DNA of 64,000 bases from an uncultured Gemmatimonadaceae bacterium. Lineage in GTDB: Bacteria; Gemmatimonadota; Gemmatimonadetes; Gemmatimonadales; Gemmatimonadaceae. A program made the position numbers and the translations under genes. How positions within the stretch are numbered: the first letter of the stretch is position 1; each line of letters opens with the position of its first letter. Under the pieces are notes generated by a model. That model saw only the letters and a program-made list of their open reading frames with translations. It searched no databases and was not told the DNA's origin. Below are positions 1 to 9,327 of the stretch, one piece after another. The stretch covers positions 416,001 to 480,000 of the forward strand of contig CAVUDW010000002.1 in the NCBI GenBank assembly GCA_963740355.1. Direction: 5' to 3'.

Positions 1-386
1 GCGTTGCCGTCACTGCCGAAGCCCGCCACGCGCGGTGAGTTCGACGAACTGTCGAAGGCCAGGCGGAGGAAGAAACGCGTCAGCCCGACGACCATCAGGT
101 TGATCGCCACCGCACTCACGATCTGATCGGCCTTGAAGCGAATCGTGGCCACGGCATGCAGCGCACCGAAGAGCGCGCCACCCAGCATCCCGATCACCAA
201 TCCCGCCCACGGATTGCCGAAGTAGAAGCTGCCGAGCGTGGCGCAAAACGCACCTGACAACATGAACCCTTCGAGTGTCAGGCTCACGATGCCGGCGCGT
301 TCCGCCAGCACGCCACCCGACGCCGCAAAGAGGTACGGGATCGCGATCCGCAGCGTCTGCAGCAACAGCAGGAAGGTCATCTTCAT
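1..386 (-). CDS. Sugar/nucleoside ABC transporter permease, 3' end runs off the window
   Basis: Manual translation from ATG at 386: MKMTFLLLLQTLRIAIPYLFAASGGVLAERAGIVSLTLEGFML, the ERxG..LEG motif of nucleoside ABC permeases; lies directly downstream of a second permease. Confidence 0.85.
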   Translation of the reverse strand, partial: MKMTFLLLLQTLRIAIPYLFAASGGVLAERAGIVSLTLEGFMLSGAFCATLGSFYFGNPWAGLVIGMLGGALFGALHAVATIRFKADQIVSAVAINLMVVGLTRFFLRLAFDSSSNSPRVAGFGSDGN

Positions 387-390
387 CGCG

Positions 391-1476
391 TCATCCCTTC
401 GCCGGCGCAGCAGCGGCTGCCTTCGGCGGGCGAGCGCGCAACAGCCGACGAACCTCCGGAACGCTGACCGCGACTGCCAGGATCACGATCCCTTCTAAAA
501 CTTCCACCATCTGCTTCGGCACCAGCGCATGAATCGCCAGTCCACCCTGTGACAGCGTGGCGAAGAACAGTGCCGCCAGCAGCACGCCGAACGGGTTGTT
601 GCGGCCCACCAGCGCGACCGCGATTCCGAGGAAGCCAGCACCGCCAGAGAACCCATCCTCGAAGTAGTTCTTGTAGCCGAGCACGAAGTTCACGCTTCCC
701 AGACCGGCGATCGCGCCGGCCAGCACCATCGACGTGACCCAGATGCGGGGCACGCGAATGCCTCCCGACTCCGCCGCCAGCGGCTGCAGGCCAACCGCGC
801 GCAACTCGTAGCCGAAGCGTGAGCGGAAGAGCAGCCATGCCACGATCACGACCGACAGCAACGCGATCAGGATCGTCCCATTGGCCGCCGAGCCATGGAA
901 CATCGGCACGTAGGCGGCAAGCCGTGGAATCGCGGTGCTCGCGACGGCGGGTGTATGCAGCGTTTCAGGGACGGCCAGCCCAGTCGCGGAGATCGCCCAG
1001 TTGAGCAGCGCCAGCACGATGAAATTCAGCATGATCGTGGCGATGACTTCGTGCGCACCAAAGCGCGCACGCAACACACCGGGCACGAAGCCGACCAGTC
1101 CGCCGCCGATCATCGCGGCCACGAGGCACAGGGGAATTGCGAGCCACGGCGTCATCCCGGTCGGCAGCAACAATCCCAGCGCACCAGCGCAGAACCCGCC
1201 GGCGGCCAGCTGGCTTTCCGCGCCGATGTTGAACAGCCCGGCGCGCAACCCGATGGCCACGCTCAAGCCGGTGAACACCAGCGTGGTCGCCTTGTACAGC
1301 ACCTGACCGATCCCGTAGGCGTTGCCCCACGTGCCATTGAGCATCAGGCGCCAGACTTCACCCGGTGCCTGGCCGTATGACAGGATCAACAGGTCGCCGG
1401 CCACCAGCGCCACCAGCAACGCGGTGAGCGTCGGCAGCACCCCTTCTTCGAACGCCGCAGTCGTTCGTGCCGTCAT
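391..1476 (-). CDS. Sugar/nucleoside ABC transporter permease
   Basis: Hydrophobic ORF with GLFNIGAESQ, HEVIATIMLN, GYELRAVG and GFLGIAVALVGRNNP motifs; ATG at 1476 overlaps the ATPase stop (ATGA). Confidence 0.9.
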   Translation of the reverse strand: MTARTTAAFEEGVLPTLTALLVALVAGDLLILSYGQAPGEVWRLMLNGTWGNAYGIGQVLYKATTLVFTGLSVAIGLRAGLFNIGAESQLAAGGFCAGALGLLLPTGMTPWLAIPLCLVAAMIGGGLVGFVPGVLRARFGAHEVIATIMLNFIVLALLNWAISATGLAVPETLHTPAVASTAIPRLAAYVPMFHGSAANGTILIALLSVVIVAWLLFRSRFGYELRAVGLQPLAAESGGIRVPRIWVTSMVLAGAIAGLGSVNFVLGYKNYFEDGFSGGAGFLGIAVALVGRNNPFGVLLAALFFATLSQGGLAIHALVPKQMVEVLEGIVILAVAVSVPEVRRLLRARPPKAAAAAPAKG

Positions 1477-3053
1477 GATTGTGCGCCCGTCATCCAAGGC
1501 CCAATCACCTCTTCGCTGGCCTCGGCGCGCGGCATCTCCGTCACGATCTTTCCGCGGTACATGACGGCCACGCGATCACTCAGCGCGAGGATCTCGTGCA
1601 GTTCGGCGCTCACGAGCAGGATGGCCTTTCCGGCGCGCCGTGCGGCCCGCAGTTGGTCGTGAATGAACTCGATGGCACCGACGTCGACGCCGCGTGTGGG
1701 CTGCGCGGCGAGCAGGACGCGGAAATCGGCTGGCATTTCGCGGGCGACCACGATCTTCTGCTGATTCCCGCCACTCAAGGCTCGCGCCGGCAGCAGCGGA
1801 TCCGCGGGACGGATGTCGAAGGCCTTGATGCGATCTTCGGCAAAGGCGAGCGTGCGCGCGCGATTGATGGCGCCACTGCTGGAAAACTGCTTCTGTCGAC
1901 CGAGGATCAGGTTGTCGGCAATCGAGTAATCGAGCACCAGCCCGCGCGCGTGGCGGTCTTCGGGAATGTGCGTGATGCCGAGTGCGAGTCGCTTGCCGAT
2001 GGGGAACCGTGTCACGTCGGTGCCATCGACGGTGATCGTTCCACTGGTCACGGCACGGAGGCCGGCGATGGCTTCGATCAACTCGGTCTGTCCGTTCCCT
2101 TCGACGCCGGCGATGCCAAGGATCTCACCGGGGGCAATGGTGAGTGAGAGGTTGTCGACGGCTTTTCTCGCGCGCGTGCTCGCGATCGTGACGCCACTGA
2201 GCCGGAGTCGAGGGGTGTCGGTGTAGGTGGGAGTCGGGGCAGGGGTGGAACTGATGGCGGCTGGCGGCGACAGCTTCTCCGCGCCTGTGGGCATCCCGTT
2301 CTCATCCAACCGCACCGCGCGCCCCACCATCGCTGTCGCAATCGCCGCCGGCGTCGTCTCCGCCGTCACCATCCGCGCCACCGTCGCACCATGGCGCATC
2401 ACCGTGATCCGGTCCGTCACGTCCATCAACTCATCCAGCTTGTGCGTCACCAGCACGATCGTCGCACCGTTGTCCCGCACCGTCCGCAACACCTTCCACA
2501 ATTCCGTCACTTCCGGCGGCGACAACACCGCCGTCGGCTCATCGAGAATCAGCAGCTTGGCGCCGCGATAGAGTGTCTTCAGGATCTCGACACGCTGCGC
2601 CTCGCCTACGCTCAACTCCGACACCAGCCGGCCTGGCTGACATGCCAACCCAGTGCGCTCGCTGAGCGTCGACAGCGTCTGCTCGGCAAGCGCGCGATCA
2701 TACGTCAGCCCTGACATCGGTTCGCGACCCAGCACCACGTTCTCGGCCACCGTCAGCGTCGGCACCAGCATGAAGTGCTGATGCACCATGCCCACGCCGG
2801 CCGCGATCGCATCGGACGTCGTCCAGCCTGTCACATCCGTGCCGAAGACTTCCACCGTGCCACCGTCCGGTGCGAACATCCCGCTCAGCACGCGCAGCAA
2901 GGTGCTTTTCCCGGCACCATTCTCGCCAACCACCGCGTGGATTTCGCCGACGTTGACTTCCAGTGACGCGTCGCGATTCGCCTGCACCGGTCCGAAGAAT
3001 TTCGCCACCTGCGACATGCGCACGGCGACCTGACCATTCACCGGTGCACTCAC
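1473..3053 (-). CDS. Sugar/nucleoside ABC transporter ATP-binding protein with two ABC domains
   Basis: Walker A GENGAGKS, ILDEPT, LSGGNQQK and QPTRGVDVG motifs. Confidence 0.95.
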   Translation of the reverse strand: MSAPVNGQVAVRMSQVAKFFGPVQANRDASLEVNVGEIHAVVGENGAGKSTLLRVLSGMFAPDGGTVEVFGTDVTGWTTSDAIAAGVGMVHQHFMLVPTLTVAENVVLGREPMSGLTYDRALAEQTLSTLSERTGLACQPGRLVSELSVGEAQRVEILKTLYRGAKLLILDEPTAVLSPPEVTELWKVLRTVRDNGATIVLVTHKLDELMDVTDRITVMRHGATVARMVTAETTPAAIATAMVGRAVRLDENGMPTGAEKLSPPAAISSTPAPTPTYTDTPRLRLSGVTIASTRARKAVDNLSLTIAPGEILGIAGVEGNGQTELIEAIAGLRAVTSGTITVDGTDVTRFPIGKRLALGITHIPEDRHARGLVLDYSIADNLILGRQKQFSSSGAINRARTLAFAEDRIKAFDIRPADPLLPARALSGGNQQKIVVAREMPADFRVLLAAQPTRGVDVGAIEFIHDQLRAARRAGKAILLVSAELHEILALSDRVAVMYRGKIVTEMPRAEASEEVIGPWMTGAQS

Positions 3054-4099
3054 GAACGCGTGCTCGGCACTTTGATCTTGCCGGAGACGATGTCGCGTTC
3101 GATCTCGAGCAGGCGTGAGTGCACGCTGTCGGGAATCAGCGCACGATTGTTCGCGTCGTAGATGTAGCCGACACCTTTCTCCTTCAGTCCATACGAATAG
3201 ACGCCGCCCTGAAAGCTGCCGTCCTTCGCGCGCCGGATCGTGTCGAAGACCGACGCGCTCACACCTTTCACCATCGATGTCAGCACGTAGCCTGGTGCTT
3301 CGCCGTACTGATCGGCGTCGACGCCGATGCCGTAGTGGCCCTTGCCCATCGCGCGCGCCGCCTCGAACATGCCGAGTCCGGTGGAGCCGCTGGCATGGAA
3401 GATCACGTTCACACCTTGCTGGTACTGGCTCAACGCCAGCTCCTTGCCCTTGCTTGGATTGCGAAACGCTTCTGGTGTGACGCCGGCGTATTGCGCGATC
3501 ACCGTGCAGTCCGGACAGACGTATTTCACGCCCGCCTTGTAGCCGGCCTCGAACTTGTGGATGAGCGGGATGTCCATGCCGCCGAGGAATCCGACCTTCT
3601 TCGAGCCGCCGACCAGCGCGGCCATCGCGCCGACGAGGAATGAGCCTTCTTCCTCACGGAACTTGAGCGCGGCCACGTTCGGCGGTGGTGCGATGACATG
3701 GCCCTTGTCGTCCGTGGCCACAGAGAAGTCGACCCCGGCGAAATTCACGTCCGGATATTCCTTCGCCAGTTCCGTCAGGTCATCGGTGAAGATGAACCCG
3801 ACGCCGATCACGAGGTCGCGATGCTCCGCAGCCAGCAGTCGCAGGCCGGCTTCGCGATCCGAGCCGTCCCCAGGCTCGATGAACTGCACCCTGGCCGACA
3901 ATGCCTTGGTGGCCGAATCGGCGCCGGCATAGGCGCCGTCGTTGAACGACTTGTCGCCGCGTCCGCCGAGGTCGAACACCACGCCCACCAGCGGGCCAGT
4001 GCCGGCGGCCTCGAGCGAAGGGGCGCTGGCAGGCTGGACGAAGAGCAGGGCGCCGTGGACGAGCGTCAGGACGGCCAGGGCGGCGATGAGGGGGCGCAT
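3050..4099 (-). CDS. BMP-family (PnrA-like) ABC substrate-binding protein
   Basis: Signal peptide MRPLIAALAV; GGRGDKSFND, FREEEGSFLVG and IGVDADQ motifs; real start is ATG 4099, not the 4864 ORF extension. Confidence 0.9.
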   Translation of the reverse strand: MRPLIAALAVLTLVHGALLFVQPASAPSLEAAGTGPLVGVVFDLGGRGDKSFNDGAYAGADSATKALSARVQFIEPGDGSDREAGLRLLAAEHRDLVIGVGFIFTDDLTELAKEYPDVNFAGVDFSVATDDKGHVIAPPPNVAALKFREEEGSFLVGAMAALVGGSKKVGFLGGMDIPLIHKFEAGYKAGVKYVCPDCTVIAQYAGVTPEAFRNPSKGKELALSQYQQGVNVIFHASGSTGLGMFEAARAMGKGHYGIGVDADQYGEAPGYVLTSMVKGVSASVFDTIRRAKDGSFQGGVYSYGLKEKGVGYIYDANNRALIPDSVHSRLLEIERDIVSGKIKVPSTRS

Positions 4100-4225
4100 G
4101 AGGCCGGAAAGGTCGTCAGCGCGGAGGGGTGCGGCAAGCGAAAGGCATCTGGCGCCTCCCTCCGATGCCCGCCGCAAACTGTCCCGTGCTTCGCCCTCAG
4201 GCATCCGCTGTGGCAAAGGGGAGAC

Positions 4226-4261
4226 TTGACAGTCTACTGTCGTAGATGACAGTGTACTGCC
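4226..4261 (+). promoter_or_regulatory. Perfect -35 TTGACA overlapped by two tandem palindromic operator-like boxes
   Basis: GACAGTctACTGTC at 4228-4241 and GACAGTgtACTGCC at 4248-4261, 20 bp apart; TTGACA at 4226-4231. Confidence 0.6.
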
Positions 4262-4356
4262 ACTAACACATCCTGCCGCGTCACTACCCCTCCGTGATGA
4301 CGCTCCCGGCGTCATTGGCGCGGGGCCCCTGCCACTCGAGTCCGGAGACTCTCGCC

Positions 4357-5112
4357 ATGACGTCCCTCTCGATCGAACCCGCGACCCTGTCCGCCCCCGG
4401 GCGTCGCTCGAATCCGGCACCCGTGCCCGCGGCATCGGGCGCCGCGTGGTGGTTGCTCCTGATCGTAGTCGCGACCGTGCTCGGCTTTCGCCCAACGATC
4501 GCCAAGGGGCCACAAGGCCTTGATCTCGCACATGCAGCGCACGGCACCATCGCGCTTGGATGGTCGCTGCTGCTGATCGTGCAGGCAGCGCTTGCCGACG
4601 CGGGTCGACGGCGTGCGCACAGGCTCTTCGCCATCGCGGGAGTGGCATGTGCCGTCGGGCTCGTGACGACGTCGGTGCCAATGCTGCACACGATGGCCAA
4701 GGCCGCGGTGGCCAACGAACGGTTCCGGCCGATGGGCTACCAGCTGCTGGCGATGGACATCCTGCTGATGGCGCTCTTCGTGACGCTCTTCGCGGTCGCG
4801 CTCGCTTTCGTTCGGAAGCCCGCGGTTCACAGCCGCGCACTGGCTGCCACAGGAGTCCTCGCACTCCCGGCAGGCCTGGGACGCGCCTACATGGCGTGGT
4901 TCCATGTGGGCCCGATCGACGGAAGCCACCTCGCCATCATCACGGGCGCCCTCATCCTTCTCGCGCTCGTGCTTCGAGACCGACTGGCTGGGCAGCGCGA
5001 ACCGGTGTACCCCGCCGTCCTCATCTCGTTGATCGCGCTGGAACTGCTCTTCCCACTGGTCGCGAGGTCCGGTTGGTTCGATCAGGCGATGCGCGTCTTT
5101 TCGGTCGCCTAG
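4357..5112 (+). CDS. Hypothetical integral membrane protein (about 7 TM)
   Basis: Multiple hydrophobic segments with a HG..W..L..Q..L...R..HR pattern; GGAG SD before ATG 4357. Confidence 0.7.
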   Translation: MTSLSIEPATLSAPGRRSNPAPVPAASGAAWWLLLIVVATVLGFRPTIAKGPQGLDLAHAAHGTIALGWSLLLIVQAALADAGRRRAHRLFAIAGVACAVGLVTTSVPMLHTMAKAAVANERFRPMGYQLLAMDILLMALFVTLFAVALAFVRKPAVHSRALAATGVLALPAGLGRAYMAWFHVGPIDGSHLAIITGALILLALVLRDRLAGQREPVYPAVLISLIALELLFPLVARSGWFDQAMRVFSVA

Positions 5113-5146
5113 GCGTCGTTCTGTCGCGCTGGACCGGACGCCATTC

Positions 5147-5758
5147 TCAGAGTCGTTGCCACACCAGGCGAGCAACCCGCTCCAGCTTCTGGCGCTCGGC
5201 CCCATCCCTCGCCAACGTCGACAGCCCCTGAATCACGGCCATCACATGCGCCGCCACCGCCTCGACGTCCATTCCCTCGTCGAGCTCACCATCGCGCACA
5301 CCGGCTTCCAGCCGCCCACGCAACTGCGTCTCGATTGACCCGCGGATCTGCGCCAACTCGGCCTGCACATCCGCCGCCTCCGCTGAACAGCTGATCGCCG
5401 CACTCGCCAGCAAACACCCTGGCGGCGTGTCGGCCCCGGTGAAGCCGACCACCGAGGCGTCGAGGAGCCCGCGCACTGCATCCCGGGCCGTCGACGCCTC
5501 CGCGATGATCCGCTCCGACACGGCCGGCTCACCGACGTACAGCCGCACGGCTTCGAGGAAGAGCGCCTTCTTGTTTCCGAAGGCGGCATACACGCTGGGC
5601 GGCGTCACCCCCATCGCCGCCGTCAGGTCACCGAGCGAGGTGGCTTCATACCCATGCCGCCAGAACACGAGCATCGCCTCCCGCAGCGCCCGCTCCCGAT
5701 CGAACGACAATGGCCGCCCGGCTCGGCGGCGACTCGGTAGGGAATCAACAGTTTTCAT
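5147..5758 (-). CDS. TetR/AcrR-family regulator (ComR/NemR-like)
   Basis: GRPLSFDRERAL...FWRHGYEATSLGDL...PPSVYAAFGNKKALF HTH and a GCLL motif; divergent from the aldo/keto reductase. Confidence 0.92.
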   Translation of the reverse strand: MKTVDSLPSRRRAGRPLSFDRERALREAMLVFWRHGYEATSLGDLTAAMGVTPPSVYAAFGNKKALFLEAVRLYVGEPAVSERIIAEASTARDAVRGLLDASVVGFTGADTPPGCLLASAAISCSAEAADVQAELAQIRGSIETQLRGRLEAGVRDGELDEGMDVEAVAAHVMAVIQGLSTLARDGAERQKLERVARLVWQRL

Positions 5759-5825
5759 ATCTATCACTATGAAACCCTTGCACCGTCGCCGCAAGCGGTA
5801 CTACTCTAAACCATAGCGATCGATA
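5753..5825. promoter_or_regulatory. Two candidate TetR operators in the divergent promoter region
   Basis: TTTCATA-N8-TATGAAA (5753-5774, covers the TetR ATG) and TAgCGATCGaTA (5814-5825). Confidence 0.5.
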
Positions 5826-5849
5826 CTGAATCCTAACGCCGGACCCTGA

Positions 5850-6977
5850 ATGACGCTCTCCAACTACCGCACACTCGGCCGATCGGGTCTGGTCGTCAGC
5901 CCACTCACGCTCGGTACGATGACCTTCGGCACCGTTCGCTGGGGATCAGACGAGGCGGATTCACGCGCCGTCTTTTCGGCCTACATCGAGGCCGGCGGCA
6001 ACTTCGTCGATACGGCCGACGTCTACGCCAGCGGCCGCAGCGAAGAGCTCCTGGGCACCTTCATCCGAGACACCAACCTCAGATCTCAGGTGGTCCTCGC
6101 CACAAAAGCCGGATTCTCGACCGGTGCAGGCCCGAGCCGTGGAGGCAATGGATCGAGCCATTTACACGCCAGCATCAACGCATCACTAAGACGTTTACAG
6201 ACGGATTACCTCGATCTCTACTTCGCACACACCTGGGATGGTGTCACGCCAGCGTCGGAACTGGTGGAGACGATGGCCACGCTCGTCCGGGCGGGAAAGA
6301 CACGCTACTGGGCGATGTCGAACGCTCCTGCCTGGTACATCGCGCAGCTGACGACGCTCGCCCAGACACGCGGACTCCCGACACCGATCGCGATCCAGGC
6401 TTTCTACTCTCTCGCCAATCGTGACATCGAAGACGAACACGTCCCCCTCTCGGCGGACACGGGCATGGGCATCATGCCGTGGAGTCCGCTGGCCTACGGC
6501 CTGCTCACCGGCAAGTACGACCGCGCAACAGTCGAGTCGGCGGGGCCACGAGCCAGCGGACTCCCGCGTGAGTCGGCGGACGGAACTGCCGCGCGCCCGC
6601 AGGACGACAAGCGACTCGATGGCGCAAATCCCTTCGGTGACTCACTCTTCACCGAGCGGAACTGGGGGATCGTCGATGAACTTGTCAGAGTCGCTCGCGC
6701 TATTAACGCGACGCCTGCTCAGGTGGCGCTGCAGTGGGTCGTCGGTCGGCCTGGCGTCGCGTCCACGCTCATGGGCGTCAGTCGAGTCGACCAACTCGTC
6801 GACAACGTCGCCGCTCTCGACCTCGCCATCCCCGATGAACATCTCCGGGCGTTGGATGCCATCAGCGCAGACAGCGACCCCCGCATGTTGTACGGTCTCT
6901 TCCGCGACCCGATTCGACGACATGCCGTCTTCGGCGGGTCCACCGTGCGTGGATGGGGCGAGCAAGCCGCGCGATAA
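5850..6977 (+). CDS. Aldo/keto reductase
   Basis: LGTMTFG, DTADVY, VLATK, SLRRLQTDYLDLY and PWSPLAYGLLTGKY motifs. Confidence 0.95.
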   Translation: MTLSNYRTLGRSGLVVSPLTLGTMTFGTVRWGSDEADSRAVFSAYIEAGGNFVDTADVYASGRSEELLGTFIRDTNLRSQVVLATKAGFSTGAGPSRGGNGSSHLHASINASLRRLQTDYLDLYFAHTWDGVTPASELVETMATLVRAGKTRYWAMSNAPAWYIAQLTTLAQTRGLPTPIAIQAFYSLANRDIEDEHVPLSADTGMGIMPWSPLAYGLLTGKYDRATVESAGPRASGLPRESADGTAARPQDDKRLDGANPFGDSLFTERNWGIVDELVRVARAINATPAQVALQWVVGRPGVASTLMGVSRVDQLVDNVAALDLAIPDEHLRALDAISADSDPRMLYGLFRDPIRRHAVFGGSTVRGWGEQAAR

Positions 6978-6996
6978 AAGCGCGCTTCGGTAGCGT

Positions 6997-7043
6997 TTGC
7001 TTTGGTGTGTACCATACACTATTCTCGTGTATGGACGACACTA
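6997..7043 (+). promoter_or_regulatory. sigma70 promoter with two tandem NrtR boxes
   Basis: TTGCTT(6997-7002)-17 nt-TATTCT(7020-7025); GTGT-N7-ACAC at 7005-7019 and 7027-7041, matching the GT-N7-AC core known for NrtR sites. Confidence 0.8.
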
Positions 7044-7804
7044 ACCAGACGCGACCGCAGGCCGTGCCGCACGCGATCCGGGTCGGTGTCGAGGTCGTCG
7101 TGTTCACCATTCGCGACGACGCCTTGCACGTGCTGCTCGCCCAGGCTGATGCCGCCTGGGCGCTGCCCACTGATCTCGTGCAGCCAGACGAGACCGTCGA
7201 TTGTACCGCGCGCCGAGCATTGGCTGACGTGGCCGGCTCGGGCAACGTCTGGCTCGAGCAGCTCTACACCTTTGGCGATGTGCATCGCGCGCCAACCGAT
7301 CGCGTCATCAGTATTGCGCACTATGCCCTTGTCTCGGCCGACGTACTGACCGACGCCGGCACCCGTGCCGCGCGCTGGTGGCCGGTCGCAACGCTGCCGC
7401 TCCTCGTGCTCGACCATCGGCGGATCATCGACTACGCGCTCACCCGGCTGCGCAACAAGCTGTCGTACACGACCGTGGGCTTTCAGCTGCTCCCCGCCCG
7501 GTTCACCCTCAGCGACCTGCAGCGCGTCTACGAGGTCATCCTCGGCCGTGAACTCGACAAGCGGAATTTCCGGCGCAAGGTCGAGCTGCTCGGCATCGTG
7601 AAGCCGACGCGCGAACAGCGCGTCGCCGCCAGCGGCCGACCGGCACAGCTCTATCGTTTCGTTGCCACCGAGGCCCCGGAGGCGATCGGTGCGCCGGAGC
7701 CGGTCGCGGCGACTCAGCCTGCCGTCCAGATCGCGCGTATCAGCCCCGTGCTCCGCCGTCGCGGACGCGTGGTGCCCGCCTCACCTGCTGAAGGAAATCG
7801 CTGA
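7031..7804 (+). CDS. nrtR: NrtR-family NAD-synthesis regulator (Nudix + winged HTH)
   Basis: LEQLYTFG, DHRRII, FTLSDLQRVYEVILGRELDKRNFRRK and GRPAQLY motifs; first gene of the nad operon. Confidence 0.9.
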   Translation: MDDTNQTRPQAVPHAIRVGVEVVVFTIRDDALHVLLAQADAAWALPTDLVQPDETVDCTARRALADVAGSGNVWLEQLYTFGDVHRAPTDRVISIAHYALVSADVLTDAGTRAARWWPVATLPLLVLDHRRIIDYALTRLRNKLSYTTVGFQLLPARFTLSDLQRVYEVILGRELDKRNFRRKVELLGIVKPTREQRVAASGRPAQLYRFVATEAPEAIGAPEPVAATQPAVQIARISPVLRRRGRVVPASPAEGNR

Positions 7805-9317
7805 TGGTCCAGCGTCTCACGACCCGCGTGCTCGTCGTTGGCAGCGGTGTCGCCGGCTTGTTCACCGCCTGGCGCTGCGCAGAGCAGGGGCCAGTGCTCC
7901 TGATGACCAAGCGCACCCTCCGCGACTCCAACACCATGTGGGCCCAAGGGGGCATCGCCGCCGCACTTGGCGCTGGCGACAGCCCGGAGCTGCATCGGCG
8001 TGACACGCTGGCCGCCGGTGCGGCACTCTGCGATGTGAACGCCGTCGAGGTGCTCGTCAACGAAGGCCCCGATCGTGTGCGAGAACTCGTGGGGGCTGGC
8101 GCCAGGTTCGACCTCAACGCGCGTGGCGACTTCAAGCTCGGCAAGGAAGCCGCGCATTCCCGCCGCCGCATCGTGCATGCGCAGGGTGACCAGACCGGTG
8201 CCGAAGTCTCACGCACCCTGATCGAGCGCGTGCAGGCGTCGCCGAACGTGAAGGTCCTCGAGACGGCGCGTGTGCTCGACCTCATTCTCGTCAACGGTCG
8301 CTGCATCGGTGTGCGCGCCGCCATCGACGGCAAGCCGGTCGAGGTCTATGCCGAAGCCGTGGTGATGGCGACAGGTGGGCTGGGCCAGGTGTATCGCTAC
8401 ACGACCAATCCCACCGTGGCCACGGGCGATGGCTTCGCGATCGCGCATCGTGCCGGTGCACGCATGGCCGACATGGAGTTCGTGCAGTTCCATCCCACGG
8501 CGTTGCAGACCAGTGAAAACCCCCTTGCACTGGTGAGCGAGGCCGTGCGTGGTGAAGGCGCGACGCTGCTCGATGGCACGGGAAAGCGGTTCATGCCGGA
8601 GAAGCACAAGTTGGCCGAGCTGGCGCCGCGTGACATCGTGGCGCGCGAGATCTTTCGCGCGCAGGAGCGCACCGGCGTGGTCCATCTCGATGCGCGAGCG
8701 ATCACCGACTTCGACACGCCGCTTCCCGGGCATCTTCCATCTCTGCACGGCACGCGGTGTCGACCCGCGCAAGGACCTGATTCCGGTGACGCCGGCGGCG
8801 CACTACATGATGGGCGGGATCGTCACCAACCTCGACGGTCGCACCACCATCCCCGGCATGTACGCCTGTGGTGAGGTTGCCTGCACCGGTGTGCATGGCG
8901 CAAACCGTCTCGCGTCGAACTCGTTGCTCGAGGGCCTCGTGTTCGCGGAGCGTGTTTCACGCGATGCGGCGCATCTCAAGCCACACGGTATTGCGGAGCC
9001 ATCGCCGGAAGTGTGGGATGTGCCGGTGTTGCTCGACCACGGTGCTGCCCAGGTCGCGGCCGACAACGTGCGACAGACGATGTGGCAGTATGCCGGGATC
9101 GACCGCACGGCGCGCGGGCTTGCGCACTGCGGTGAAGGAAGTGGATGCGATTGAATCGCGCCTGCCCGTTGGCGCGACCGAAGAGTTGAACATGGTGCAG
9201 ACGGCTCGCCTGATCGTGCAGGCCGCACTGCTACGGAAGGAGAGTCGCGGTGGGCATTACCGCAGCGACTTCCCGCGCGCCCGCAACAAGTGGCGCGAAA
9301 CGCATATCGAATGGTGA
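7804..9317 (+). pseudogene. nadB: L-aspartate oxidase interrupted by two +1 frameshifts (probably assembly errors)
   Basis: GSGVAG, WAQGGIAA, EFVQFHPT, ELAPRDIVAR | PVTPAAHYMMGG, GANRLASNSLLEG | RKESRGGHYRSDFP spread over three frames; extra C near 8720 and extra T near 9121. Confidence 0.9.
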
Positions 9318-9327
9318 GGACGACGGC

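Noticed and set aside
4100..4225. Purine riboswitch upstream of the nucleoside transporter
   Set aside because: No purine-aptamer consensus visible; the leader appears very short
4100..4864. N-terminal extension of the 604-aa ORF upstream of the BMP protein
   Set aside because: Arg/Pro-rich shadow translation overlapping a better gene on the opposite strand; the signal peptide begins at 4099
8700..9130. Programmed ribosomal frameshifting in nadB
   Set aside because: No slippery sequence or stimulatory structure, and two independent shifts would be needed
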